64,000 bases of DNA from an uncultured Polyangiaceae bacterium (GTDB taxonomy: Bacteria; Myxococcota_A; Polyangia; Polyangiales; Polyangiaceae), in contig CAZDNG010000020.1 of assembly GCA_964506835.1 (NCBI GenBank), positions 14,847 to 78,846 on the forward strand. Reading direction: 5' to 3'. Below are positions 16,796-26,222 of this stretch, one piece after another. How positions within the stretch are numbered: position 1 is the first letter of the stretch; each line of letters begins with the position of its first letter. A model generated the notes under the pieces. It was not told the DNA's origin. It ran no database searches and worked only from the letters and a program-made list of their open reading frames with translations. The position numbers and the translations under genes are program-made.

Positions 16796-19203
16796 GCGAC
16801 CTCGCCGAGCACCGCAACGACACCGAACAGAAACAGCGCGCGGTTCTCGGCGAGGAGCAGCGACGAATACCCGATGATCGTCGTCATCGAACAGAGCCCG
16901 ACGGCGCCGCCGGTCGAACGAATCGCGCGCGCGACGTCCTTCTTGCCGTCCTGGATGTAGCGCGCCATCACGTTCACGGCGTAGTCGATGCCGATCCCGA
17001 ACGTGATCGGGAAGGCGATGAAGTTCGCGAAATTGATGCGCACGCCGAGCGCGACGGTAGACGCCGCGAGCCAGAGCACGCCGATCACCAGGGACCCGAG
17101 CACGAGCATCGTCGTCGAACTGAACCCGAACACGAAGATGACCGTCGACGCCGCGCCCACGAACGCGATCAAGCTCGCGAGCGGCCCATCGAGCCGGATG
17201 CCATGAAGAATATCGGCGGACAGCGGCAGTGAGCCCGCCACGCGCGCCGGATGGTGCCCGGTCACGGTCGCGACGTCGCGGAGCGCCGTCACGAATTTCT
17301 CGATCGCCGGCCCTTCCCAGAGCGCGTGCGACGGCTTGGGGAACACGAGCACGGCGCGATCGATGCGACCGTCGCGCTCACGCATGCCGGCGGTGAAGGT
17401 CGGCGGCAGATCGGCGGCGGTGATCGGACGGGCGTCTTTTTGTCCGAGGAATCGATCCAGGGTCTTTCGCTGCTCGGCGGTGATCTCGGCGCGGATGCGC
17501 GGCGTGATGACGCGACGAATCGCCTTCGCTTCGTCGAGCTTCGCCTCTTGATCGTGCGGGAGCACGTCGTCCTCCGAGCGAATCGTGGAGATGAGCCCCG
17601 AAAGCGGCTCTTCCTTCGCCGCTTTTCGCAGCCGATCGACGACCGCCCGCGTTTCGCCCGGACCGTCGGTGAGCACCACGATCGGCGTGAGGTACGTGCC
17701 GAGCAAGGTGTCCATCTTGCGACCCCAGTATCCCTCGCCGGAGACCCACGTGTCGGCGCGACGGAGCTTCGAGAAATCGTACTCGAGCGACGACGACGAA
17801 ATCTGCCGCACGTGCCAGATCGCGAATCCGGTAACGATCACGCTGAGGGCGATGATCGGCGCGGGGATCCGCGTCACGACGCGCGCGACGACACCTGCCG
17901 GCGTTCGCGAGCCGCCGGCGCGACGAGCCAGGAGGGGAACGCCGCGGTCGACCCAGCCGAGCAGCGGCGGCATGAGCACCTGCGCGGTGAGCCACGACAT
18001 CACCATGCCGATGCCGCCGATCATGCCGAATTGGCGGAAGCCCTGAAACTCCGTGATCGACAGCGCCGCGTACGACGCTCCGGCGGCGAGGGCCGCGGCG
18101 AGAGTGCCGGCGCGCGCGCCCCACGCCGCGGTGACCAACGACTCTTCGACACTCTTCTGTGCGCGACGCTCTTCGACGTAGCGCGCAAGCAAGATGATGC
18201 CGAAGTTCACGCCGTTCCCGACGATGATCGAGCCGAGAAACGCCGTATTCGAGTTGAGCTCGGTGATCCTGAACGGCGGGAGCGACGCGACGGCGAACGA
18301 ATAGAGCGCGGCGAGCACGAGCGGCGGCACGAGCACGAGCACGCTCCGCCACCAGCGGTAGTAGACGATGATGACGCACGCGACGGCTAGAATGACGATG
18401 ATGGACGACAGCGACAGATCGGAGATGAGCGCGCTCGTCTCTTCGACGGCGATCGCGACGTCGCCGGTGTAGCCGACGTGCATGCCCGGCGCGTAGTGAG
18501 CCGTCCCGCCGAGCGACGCCACGTCGTCCTTCACCCGCCGCATCAATTCGCCGGAGTGTGTGTGTCCATTCTCGTTTTGGCCGACTTCGACGAGCAGCAT
18601 CGTGAGATGCAGCTCGGGGCTCGAGAAGCGATCACCCCTCGCCTTCGCTTCTCGAACGCCGAGGCGGTCTTCGTATTTTTTCTGGATATCGCCGAAGTCG
18701 AGCGATGGCACCGGCTCGTCGTCGTCGATCGCGAGGTCCATCCCCTTGGTGACCTCGTAGTCGCGGCGCCGTTCGATGCGATGGCGGATCTCGACGAGAT
18801 CGTCGACGTCGACGTAGAGCGCCGCGTTCTTCTCGAGGAACTCACGCTCCGCGGCGTCGCCGGTGCGCACGCGGCGCACGAGCTCCGCCGGATAAGCGCG
18901 AAGCTTCGCGGCGAGGTCGTCGATGAACCGCTCACCGGCGGGAAGGTTCTTCGCGTCGCCAGTGTCGACGATCACGCCGAGGAACTGGAGCGCCGGACTA
19001 CGTGCGCGGAGCTCGTCGACGGCGAGCGCGCTCGGGGCCTTGCGCGGCAGGAGCGCTTCGATGTCGCTGTTCAGGTGGCGATAGAGCCCGACCGTGCGAT
19101 ACGCGGCGGGAATGGCGAGCACGAGCGCGCAGATCCAAATCGCGCGCCCGTGGCGCAGGGTCCACTCCACGAACCGGCGCGTACGCGGTCCGGGCCCCGT
19201 CAT
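16690..19203 (-). CDS. MMPL/RND-superfamily membrane transporter (lipid-exporter type)
   Basis: ATG at 19203 (MTGPGPRTRRFVEW) forms an ATGA overlap with the upstream stop. It has two 5-6-TM bundles, each preceded by a large periplasmic domain, which is the MMPL layout. The track ORF extends to 19620 inside the upstream gene. Confidence 0.75.
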   Translation of the reverse strand: MTGPGPRTRRFVEWTLRHGRAIWICALVLAIPAAYRTVGLYRHLNSDIEALLPRKAPSALAVDELRARSPALQFLGVIVDTGDAKNLPAGERFIDDLAAKLRAYPAELVRRVRTGDAAEREFLEKNAALYVDVDDLVEIRHRIERRRDYEVTKGMDLAIDDDEPVPSLDFGDIQKKYEDRLGVREAKARGDRFSSPELHLTMLLVEVGQNENGHTHSGELMRRVKDDVASLGGTAHYAPGMHVGYTGDVAIAVEETSALISDLSLSSIIVILAVACVIIVYYRWWRSVLVLVPPLVLAALYSFAVASLPPFRITELNSNTAFLGSIIVGNGVNFGIILLARYVEERRAQKSVEESLVTAAWGARAGTLAAALAAGASYAALSITEFQGFRQFGMIGGIGMVMSWLTAQVLMPPLLGWVDRGVPLLARRAGGSRTPAGVVARVVTRIPAPIIALSVIVTGFAIWHVRQISSSSLEYDFSKLRRADTWVSGEGYWGRKMDTLLGTYLTPIVVLTDGPGETRAVVDRLRKAAKEEPLSGLISTIRSEDDVLPHDQEAKLDEAKAIRRVITPRIRAEITAEQRKTLDRFLGQKDARPITAADLPPTFTAGMRERDGRIDRAVLVFPKPSHALWEGPAIEKFVTALRDVATVTGHHPARVAGSLPLSADILHGIRLDGPLASLIAFVGAASTVIFVFGFSSTTMLVLGSLVIGVLWLAASTVALGVRINFANFIAFPITFGIGIDYAVNVMARYIQDGKKDVARAIRSTGGAVGLCSMTTIIGYSSLLLAENRALFLFGVVAVLGEVACLTTAVVTLPAVLESFNRRGRGFPHSNLHSATGS

Positions 19204-20189
19204 GGCGCGAGCCCCGCTCGCTCGGACGGATCGAAGGCAATGAATCGTGACAAGGTTCGGAACACGGTGAACGCGACGAGCGCGTAACCGATACCGACCA
19301 CGACGTCGATGATCCAGTGATGGTCGAGGTACACCGCGGCCCCGACCATCCAGGCGAAAAACAGCGCGGCGACCACGCGGAGCGGCCACACCAGGAAGCG
19401 CGCGCGCCGGAGCTTGGCGAAGCCCCGGAACCCCTCGAGCGCGATGAGCAGCGGATAAGCGACGTGCAGCGACGGCACGGCGCCGTAGACGTCGTTCGAA
19501 CGACCGTAGAAGCCACCGAAATACTTGAACCCGAGCCACGCATCGACGCGCGCGAGGTTCGGCCCTTCGCTGGCGTGCGCGCTCAGGTCGGCGGTGCAGC
19601 CGTGAGCGTGGAAGTACCACGGCGGTGCCGCCGGATAGAGGTGATAGGTCACGAAAGCAGCCACGTTCAGTGCGAGAAACGCTCCGGTGAACCGACGCAT
19701 CGCCGTGTAGTCGTGGAAATACAGGAAAACCGCGAACAAGAACGACGCACCGATGAAGGTTCCATAGGGAACGGCAAAGAAGACGTCGAGCGGCAGACTC
19801 GGATGAGCTTGAAATACATCGTGCAAGGTGACCCGCTCACCGTGCAACGTCGTGCCGAACCAGCGCATTTCGACGGCTCGAAGGTCGCAAATGTGCACTC
19901 GTTCGGGGGTTAGGCCCCAGTTTTTTACGAATCGCATCGAGTCGTAGAGAAGGCCCACGAGCCCGACCGGTAAAATCCCGAGATAGAGCCGTTTTCCCGA
20001 GATCCCGAGATACGGCAGGACGCCGCCCAGAAACAGAACGACGAGGAACTCCCAGCGATATTCGCCGCGGATGAGACAGTAGACGGGCCACGCGACGAAC
20101 GGCGCTGCGGGCAGGAGGGTCCACTTCGGCCAGAGCGCGCGCATTCGCGCCCATTGCCGGGCGAGCGGGCCCTCCGCTCGGGCCGTCAT
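19200..20189 (-). CDS. PAP2_C / AUR1-like (inositol-phosphorylceramide or sphingomyelin synthase-like) membrane phosphotransferase
   Basis: ATG at 20189 forms an ATGA overlap with the aminotransferase stop. Six or more TM helices. Catalytic motifs AVPSLHVAYP and YLDHHWIIDVVVG give the His / His-x3-Asp triad of PAP2-type head-group transferases. Confidence 0.7.
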   Translation of the reverse strand: MTARAEGPLARQWARMRALWPKWTLLPAAPFVAWPVYCLIRGEYRWEFLVVLFLGGVLPYLGISGKRLYLGILPVGLVGLLYDSMRFVKNWGLTPERVHICDLRAVEMRWFGTTLHGERVTLHDVFQAHPSLPLDVFFAVPYGTFIGASFLFAVFLYFHDYTAMRRFTGAFLALNVAAFVTYHLYPAAPPWYFHAHGCTADLSAHASEGPNLARVDAWLGFKYFGGFYGRSNDVYGAVPSLHVAYPLLIALEGFRGFAKLRRARFLVWPLRVVAALFFAWMVGAAVYLDHHWIIDVVVGIGYALVAFTVFRTLSRFIAFDPSERAGLAP

Positions 20190-21559
20190 GCGGGATCCCA
20201 GAGCCGCTTCTCGGAGACGAAGTCGAACACTTCGCGGAGCACGGCGACGCCGTTTCGCGCCGTTTCGAGGTCGATGGTGAGCGCAGGCTGGAGCCGGAAA
20301 TGGGGCGAATACGCCATGGTGAGCAGCCCTCGCTTCACGCATTCGTCGAAGATGCGGGTCGTCACGCCCTTCGATAGCGGCTCTTTCGTCTTCTTGTCCT
20401 TCACGAGCTCGACCGACAGAAACAAGCCGCGACCGCCGACGTGACCGACGAACGGGTACGCATCGACGAACGGCTCGAGCTCGCGCAGCATCGCCGCACC
20501 GACGGTGCGCGAATTCTCGACGAGCCCTTCTTCGTCGAGGATCCGGAGCGCGGCGGCGCCCGCGGCCGCGCCCAGCGCGTTGCCGCCGTAGCTCGACGAA
20601 GACCCCGACGGCACCGACCACGGACGCGCGGTGGAAATCACGTCCGTCGTCAGGACCCCGGAAAGGGGGAAACCACCCCCGAACGCTTTGCCGATCGTCA
20701 CGATGTCAGGAACGACGCCCGCGTGATCCATGCCCCAGTATTTTCCGGTGCGACCAAACCCCGTGAGCATCTCATCGGCGATGAAGAGAGCGTCATGGTC
20801 CTTCGCGATCGACTGCACCGCGGGCAAAAAGTCGTCGGGCGGAACGACGTTGCCGGCCGTGCCTTGCATCGGTTCGACGATGACGGCCGCGACGGCGCCG
20901 GCTGAAGCGACCTTGAGCTGCTTTTTGCCGAGCTCGACGCAACCGAGGCCACACTTCGGATACGTCGACCCGATGGGACAGCGATAGCAGTCGGCGTACG
21001 GAATGAGATGCGCGCCGGGCACCATCGGACCGAGGTGCTGCTTGGACGTCGAGCCCATCAGCGAGAGGGTGCCCATCGTTTTGCCGTGAAAGCCGCCCCA
21101 GAAGCTCACGAACTCGTACTTGCCGGTGTGCGACTTCGCGAGCCGGAGCGCGCTCTCCACCGCCTCGGCGCCGCTCGAATAGAGTTGAAGACGGTGTACG
21201 CTCCCCTTTCCGGGCGCATGCGCCGCGACGCGCTCGGACAGCTCGACACGCGCCGGACTCGTGAGCGAACCGACGCTGATCTTGGCGACCTGCTCGGTGA
21301 TCGCACGCGCGATCCCCGGGTGGGAATGGCCGAAGGCGTTCACGCCGATACCGCCGATGAAATCGAGGAGGGTGTTGCCATCGACGTCGGTGACGGCGCT
21401 GCCCGCGGCGCTCTCCGCGACGACCCCGGCCATGGTCGCGTACCCCTGAAGGCCCGGAGCGATGTGCGCGTCTTCGCGACGGCGAAGCTCCTGGCTCTTC
21501 GGCCCAGGAACGATGGTCTTCAGGTGGACCTTCTGGCCCTTCGGGTGCGTCGGCGTCAT
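20186..21559 (-). CDS. class III pyridoxal-phosphate-dependent aminotransferase (GabT-like)
   Basis: PGPKSQEL..DVDGNTLLDFIGGIGVNAFGHSHP, IVEPMQGTAGNV, FIADEMLTGFGRTG, and the PLP-Lys context VTIGKAFGGGFPLSG. ATG at 21559 forms an ATGA overlap with the GtrA stop. Confidence 0.85.
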   Translation of the reverse strand: MTPTHPKGQKVHLKTIVPGPKSQELRRREDAHIAPGLQGYATMAGVVAESAAGSAVTDVDGNTLLDFIGGIGVNAFGHSHPGIARAITEQVAKISVGSLTSPARVELSERVAAHAPGKGSVHRLQLYSSGAEAVESALRLAKSHTGKYEFVSFWGGFHGKTMGTLSLMGSTSKQHLGPMVPGAHLIPYADCYRCPIGSTYPKCGLGCVELGKKQLKVASAGAVAAVIVEPMQGTAGNVVPPDDFLPAVQSIAKDHDALFIADEMLTGFGRTGKYWGMDHAGVVPDIVTIGKAFGGGFPLSGVLTTDVISTARPWSVPSGSSSSYGGNALGAAAGAAALRILDEEGLVENSRTVGAAMLRELEPFVDAYPFVGHVGGRGLFLSVELVKDKKTKEPLSKGVTTRIFDECVKRGLLTMAYSPHFRLQPALTIDLETARNGVAVLREVFDFVSEKRLWDPA

Positions 21560-21978
21560 GGGTGCTTCGGGGCCGAGCCGAACACGTACGAGCGATGCAT
21601 GGGGAAATTCCACGCAACGCTGACGATGATCGCGACGACGAGGCGCACCGCTAGATACGGTGCGCGCAGCAAGGAAGTTCCAAGATATTCGCCGATGGCG
21701 TTCAGCCCGGCGCTCGCACCGGAAACGCCGGCGTAGCGAAGGGCCTGCCGTCCGACGGCTTCGTCCGCCCGCGCAAACGTGAAGTGACGGTTCATCATGA
21801 AATTCACCACGGCCCCGAAGGTCGCCCCGCACAACGTGGCAAGCGTCGGGCTGCGGTGAAAGTACTCGACGAGGAGTATCATCGTCCCGAAATCTGCGAC
21901 GGTGGCGACAACCGACGCGAACTGATGGCGCACGAACGCCATGCGGCCGGCCGCGCGCGCACCCGGGGCAGACGTCAA
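21556..21978 (-). CDS. GtrA-family membrane protein
   Basis: About 130 aa with four TM helices and the GtrA-like pattern FVRHQFASVVATVADFG....NFMMNRHFTF...NFPMHRSYVF. TTG at 21978 gives a TTGA overlap with the upstream stop (alternative ATG at 21942). Confidence 0.7.
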   Translation of the reverse strand: MTSAPGARAAGRMAFVRHQFASVVATVADFGTMILLVEYFHRSPTLATLCGATFGAVVNFMMNRHFTFARADEAVGRQALRYAGVSGASAGLNAIGEYLGTSLLRAPYLAVRLVVAIIVSVAWNFPMHRSYVFGSAPKHP

Positions 21979-22820
21979 CGGACGACCGTGCCGAGACCAC
22001 TAGCGTCGGGCTCGGACGGAGGCCGTCCGGCGGCCACGCGGGCGCGCTCCGCGTCCCTCGATTGCTCGCGGAGCGCGGCGAGCTGCGCGATGCGATGGAG
22101 GCGTTGCACGGCGGAAATGTTCGCGACCACGGCCACGACGAGGAGCGCGACGACGACGGGGACGTCGGCCACGATGGAGACCTGTACGAAACGCGGCGCC
22201 GCGGCGGCGAAGGGTGCGAGCGCGACGCCCGCCGTGAGATAGACCGCGCGCTCCTGCCGTCGCATCGCGCCGCGCGGGGCATCGACACGAAGCGCCTCGG
22301 CCTTCGCCGTCGCGTAGCTCACCATGAAAGAGCCGAGGAGGGTGAACAGCACGAGCCCGAGGAACAGCGCGTTCGTCCGGTAGAAAATCGCGAGGCCGCC
22401 CAAAAAGAAGAACTCGTTGTATCGATCGACGGCCGCGTCGAACGTTTCGCCGGCGTCCGATGCCGTGTTCGACTCGCGAGCGACGAAGCCATCGAGCGCG
22501 TCGCCGAGCGCCGAGGCGGTAGACAGCGCCGCGCCGATGCCGAAGTGGCCACCGATGAGCGCGACGCCCGCGCCAGCGCCGAGCACCAGGGACAACAGCG
22601 TGATCGAATTCGCGGTCACCCCGAGCCGCACGAGGGCCTTGGCGACCGGCGACAGTGCCCAGTAAGCCATTTCCATCGCGGTGTGCCCGAGCAGCACCGA
22701 CGAGCCCGCGGCATCGACGCGCGCGAACCTAACGGCACCCTGAAGCGCGACGCGAACCGCGTATGCCGCCCCGAGCGCGAGCAAGGCGACGACGAGCGCT
22801 GTGGAAGCGGCGAGATCCAA
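21975..22820 (-). CDS. CDP-alcohol phosphatidyltransferase family protein
   Basis: Exact family signature DG-x2-AR-x8-G-x3-D-x3-D in DALDGFVARESNTASDAGETFDAAVDRY. Multi-TM. TTG start 9 nt after the upstream stop, with a GGGGG stretch in between. Confidence 0.85.
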   Translation of the reverse strand: MDLAASTALVVALLALGAAYAVRVALQGAVRFARVDAAGSSVLLGHTAMEMAYWALSPVAKALVRLGVTANSITLLSLVLGAGAGVALIGGHFGIGAALSTASALGDALDGFVARESNTASDAGETFDAAVDRYNEFFFLGGLAIFYRTNALFLGLVLFTLLGSFMVSYATAKAEALRVDAPRGAMRRQERAVYLTAGVALAPFAAAAPRFVQVSIVADVPVVVALLVVAVVANISAVQRLHRIAQLAALREQSRDAERARVAAGRPPSEPDASGLGTVVR

Positions 22821-22829
22821 TGGCCCCCG

Positions 22830-23954
22830 TCATCCCGCCGGAAGCGCGAGCTCCCTCGTGCCCTGACGCAGGGGTTCGTGCAGTGGAAGCTCGCGTGAGC
22901 CCTGGCGCGCCGACTCGTACGCCGTCTCGATGAGCTCCACACACTTGAAGCTCTCGATCGCGTCGCGACCGACGTACTCGCGTCGATCGATCGCGTCGAC
23001 GAAGCGAGCGAACACCGATCGGAACCACTCGACGTGGCTCGCGTCCATCCAATTCGACGGGATGCGTTCGCGTTGAAAATCCCAGGTCGTGCGCCCGTCG
23101 GCGTCCTTCTTCGCGACCGACACTTCGACGTCGTCGTCTTCAACGCGGATCGCGCCTTGGTCGCCGTGGATCGTGTAGATCACCTTGCGCACGCCCGCGT
23201 TCCACGTGAGGTGCGCATTCACGATGCCGCGCGGGAACGTGATCGTGCACGACAGATCGTCTTCGGTGTCGAAAGCGCCGAGCGTCGAGGCCTTCGCCGT
23301 GATCGACGTCGGGAAACCGCCGAGCCAATCGAAGGCGAGGTAGAACGTGTGGCTGCCGTGATCCATCGCGATGCCGCCGCCGGAGTAGCGACGCTCGCGG
23401 CGCCAATCCGGCCGCCACTCGGCGACGCCTTTGGCGTGCGTGTTGCGGAAAGTCTGAAGCGTCACGAGCTTCACCTTGCCGATCGATCCTTCGTCGAGCA
23501 CGCGACGCACCGCCCGCACCACGGGGGCGTGCTTGTAGTTGTGCGACGGGAAGAGCACCCGACGCGCACGCCGCGCGTGATCGAGCATCGACACCGCGTC
23601 CTTCGCCGTCGTCGCCATCGGCTTTTCACAGAAGACGTGAAGACCGTGGTCGAGCGCCGTATGCGCGAGGGCCGCGTGCTCCGACGGTGGAGTCGAGATG
23701 TCGACGAAGTCGAGCTCTCGCTCGGCGTCGAGCATTCGGCGGTAGTCGTCGTAAGCGCGAAGATGAGGATAAGCGGTTTTTGCCTTCGCTAAGCGTGGAG
23801 CGCAGGAATCTGCGACGGCAACGATCTCGATCGGCAAGCCCGCCGCTCTCGACGCTGCGTACGCCGGCAAATGCCCATGTTCTGCGATGAAGCCGTACCC
23901 AATGACTGCTCCCTTGAGCATTGTCGGCGCCTCCAATGCGCTCCCGTTCTTCAT
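22830..23954 (-). CDS. Gfo/Idh/MocA-family NAD(P)-dependent oxidoreductase (inositol or sugar dehydrogenase-like)
   Basis: N-terminal Rossmann motif GAVIGYGFIAEHGHLPAY, the EKP motif (VFCEKPMATT), and a C-terminal alpha/beta domain. An alternative start is MLKGAV at 23921. Confidence 0.8.
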   Translation of the reverse strand: MKNGSALEAPTMLKGAVIGYGFIAEHGHLPAYAASRAAGLPIEIVAVADSCAPRLAKAKTAYPHLRAYDDYRRMLDAERELDFVDISTPPSEHAALAHTALDHGLHVFCEKPMATTAKDAVSMLDHARRARRVLFPSHNYKHAPVVRAVRRVLDEGSIGKVKLVTLQTFRNTHAKGVAEWRPDWRRERRYSGGGIAMDHGSHTFYLAFDWLGGFPTSITAKASTLGAFDTEDDLSCTITFPRGIVNAHLTWNAGVRKVIYTIHGDQGAIRVEDDDVEVSVAKKDADGRTTWDFQRERIPSNWMDASHVEWFRSVFARFVDAIDRREYVGRDAIESFKCVELIETAYESARQGSRELPLHEPLRQGTRELALPAG

Positions 23955-24141
23955 TCAGCCGTACTGGATCAGTGCTCGATTTACCGGCTGTTCATGGTTC
24001 CAGAAGGCTCGTCCTGTCAATGGGGGCGGTCGGATTGTCGGTCGAAGTATGTCTTGTTTACGTGCGTAGAAACGTTCGCAGGACAGTCGTCCCGCGCTTC
24101 CGGCTTCGCGGTCGTCGGCGTTAAGATCACGTGCACACGAG

Positions 24142-24702
24142 ATGGCCCCCACGGTTTTTCTGCTTCCTGGCCTCGGCAACTCAGGGCGCGACCATTGGCA
24201 GACCAATTGGGAAATCCGTTACGGCTACCACCGCGTAGAGCAAGATGACTGGGACCGCCCGAAGCGCGCCGCGTGGATCGCGCGTCTCGAAGCCGAGCTG
24301 TCGGCGGTGCGCACCGGCGTCGTTCTCGTCGCGCATAGTCTGGGTTGCGCCCTCGTGACCCACTGGGCACGCGAATACGGCGCGGGACGCGTCGTCGGCG
24401 CGCTGCTCGTCGCGCCCGCCGACGTGGACTCCGCGCGACGAACGCCCGACGAAGTGCGGGACTTTTCGCCGCTACCGATGAGGCCCCTGCCCTTCCCGTC
24501 GATCGTCGTCGCGAGCACCACCGATTCGTACGTGGAACACGACCGCGCCGCGCAGTTCGCGACTCGATGGGGCGCTGGATTTCGCAGCATCGGCGCTGCG
24601 GGCCACATCAACGCCGACTCACGCCTCGGCGATTGGAACGACGGACATCGGTTTTTCACCGAGCTCCTGGTCGAGCTAGGCGCCCCAACAAAAAATATTT
24701 AG
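24142..24702 (+). CDS. RBBP9/YdeN-family alpha/beta serine hydrolase
   Basis: 186 aa. LPGLGNSG..HWQ, nucleophile elbow VLVAHSLGC, and a C-terminal GH.N motif (AAGHINADS). Confidence 0.75.
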   Translation: MAPTVFLLPGLGNSGRDHWQTNWEIRYGYHRVEQDDWDRPKRAAWIARLEAELSAVRTGVVLVAHSLGCALVTHWAREYGAGRVVGALLVAPADVDSARRTPDEVRDFSPLPMRPLPFPSIVVASTTDSYVEHDRAAQFATRWGAGFRSIGAAGHINADSRLGDWNDGHRFFTELLVELGAPTKNI

Positions 24703-24751
24703 CACGTGCGCGACGGCTTCCAGGCGCCGCGGATTTCTTCAATGTTCGAGC

Positions 24752-26209
24752 TCAATCCGGCGCGCTCGCGTCCGGACGCGAGCCGCGTTGAAGATGCTCT
24801 CCGGCGATCGCGAGGTATCTCGCGCGCGCCTCGGCGTGATCGACGATGGGGCGCGGGTAATTTTTACCCAACGCGACCCCGGCCTGGACGAGGTCGTTCG
24901 TCGATGCCTCCCACGGACGATGGATCCACCGCGCAGGCAGGTTCGCGAGCTCGGGGATCCAGCGTCGAACGTACGCGCCGTCAGGGTCGAATTTTTCACC
25001 CTGCGAGACCGGATTGAAGACGCGAAAGTACGGCTGCGCGTCGCACCCGGAACCGGCGCTCCATTGCCAGCCGAGGTTGTTCGGCGCCCAATCGCCGTCG
25101 GTCAAGTAGCGAAGATAGTGGGCTTCGCCGCGCTGGTAGTGAATGAGCAGGTGCTTCGTGAGAAAGCTCGCCGCGATCATGCGCGCGCGGTTGTGCACGA
25201 ACCCTTCGCCGAGGAGCTGGCGCGCGGCGGCGTCGACGACGGGATAACCCGTCGTGCCCGAAGCCCACGCTTCCCATTCCGCGGGCTCGAAGCGCCACGG
25301 AAAATCGACGAAGCCGGCGCGAAACGGCTCGCGCAACACCTCCGGTCGATCCCAGAGCGTCGAGAACGCGAACTCGCGCCACACGAGCTCGTTTTGAAAC
25401 GTCGCGAGCGATTCGCGAGCTCGAGGATGGCGTTGCGCATGACGACGCGCCTCGTTCCAGACGACGCGCGGCGAGAGAACGCCGAATTTCAAATCCTGCG
25501 AAAGACGACTCGTCCCCGGCCAATCCATGCGCTCACGCCCTTCGTGGTAAGAGGCCGCCGCGGACGAAAAAAAAGTCTGCAGTCGCTCGCGGGCCGCCGC
25601 TTCGCCGCCGCGGACCAGGCGCGGATTTTCGTCGATGCCGAGCTCGCGGAGGGTCGGGATCGCGACGCTGTTCGCTTCGACGTCGAGCGGCAGCGACGGA
25701 AGCCGCGACGGCGCCGCGAGCGACTCGCCGATGTCGTCGCTCTTGGCGAAGAACGCGCGAGAAAATGGCGTAAACACCGAGTACGGCGCGCCGTTCTGAG
25801 TGCGGAGCGAGCCCGGCGCGAGCAAGGTCTCGCCTTCGAACAACTCGAACGGAATCGAGAGCGCGCCCTGAACCCGGCGATCGCGCTCGCGCCCGAAAGG
25901 CTCGGTCCAGCGATGCGCGACCACGCGATCGGCGCGCCATCGCGCCGCGAGCTTCGGGACGACGTCGGTGCTCTTGCCGCTCACGACCACGAGCCGCGAG
26001 CCTTTGTGCTCGATATTTTTCTGGAGCGATTCGAGCGACTCGAGCAAAAACTGGATCCGATGCGGAAACCGTCGTGCGCGTTCGGGCGCGAAAAAATAGG
26101 GATCGAGCACGAAGAGCGGCACCACTTCCCCACCCTTCATCGCCTCGTTGAGCGGCGCGTGATCTCGCAGGCGCAGGTCCTTGCCGCGAAACCAGACGAT
26201 CGTCCTCAC
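24752..26209 (-). CDS. phrB: deoxyribodipyrimidine photolyase (class I CPD photolyase / cryptochrome family)
   Basis: IVWFRGKDLRLRDHAPL, GTSRLSQDLKFGVLSPR, TGYPVVDAAARQL..GFVHNRARMIAASFL, WQWSAGSGCDAQPYFRVFNPVSQGEKFDPDG. Confidence 0.9.
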   Translation of the reverse strand: MRTIVWFRGKDLRLRDHAPLNEAMKGGEVVPLFVLDPYFFAPERARRFPHRIQFLLESLESLQKNIEHKGSRLVVVSGKSTDVVPKLAARWRADRVVAHRWTEPFGRERDRRVQGALSIPFELFEGETLLAPGSLRTQNGAPYSVFTPFSRAFFAKSDDIGESLAAPSRLPSLPLDVEANSVAIPTLRELGIDENPRLVRGGEAAARERLQTFFSSAAASYHEGRERMDWPGTSRLSQDLKFGVLSPRVVWNEARRHAQRHPRARESLATFQNELVWREFAFSTLWDRPEVLREPFRAGFVDFPWRFEPAEWEAWASGTTGYPVVDAAARQLLGEGFVHNRARMIAASFLTKHLLIHYQRGEAHYLRYLTDGDWAPNNLGWQWSAGSGCDAQPYFRVFNPVSQGEKFDPDGAYVRRWIPELANLPARWIHRPWEASTNDLVQAGVALGKNYPRPIVDHAEARARYLAIAGEHLQRGSRPDASAPD

Positions 26210-26222
26210 GCCGCTCCTTGCA

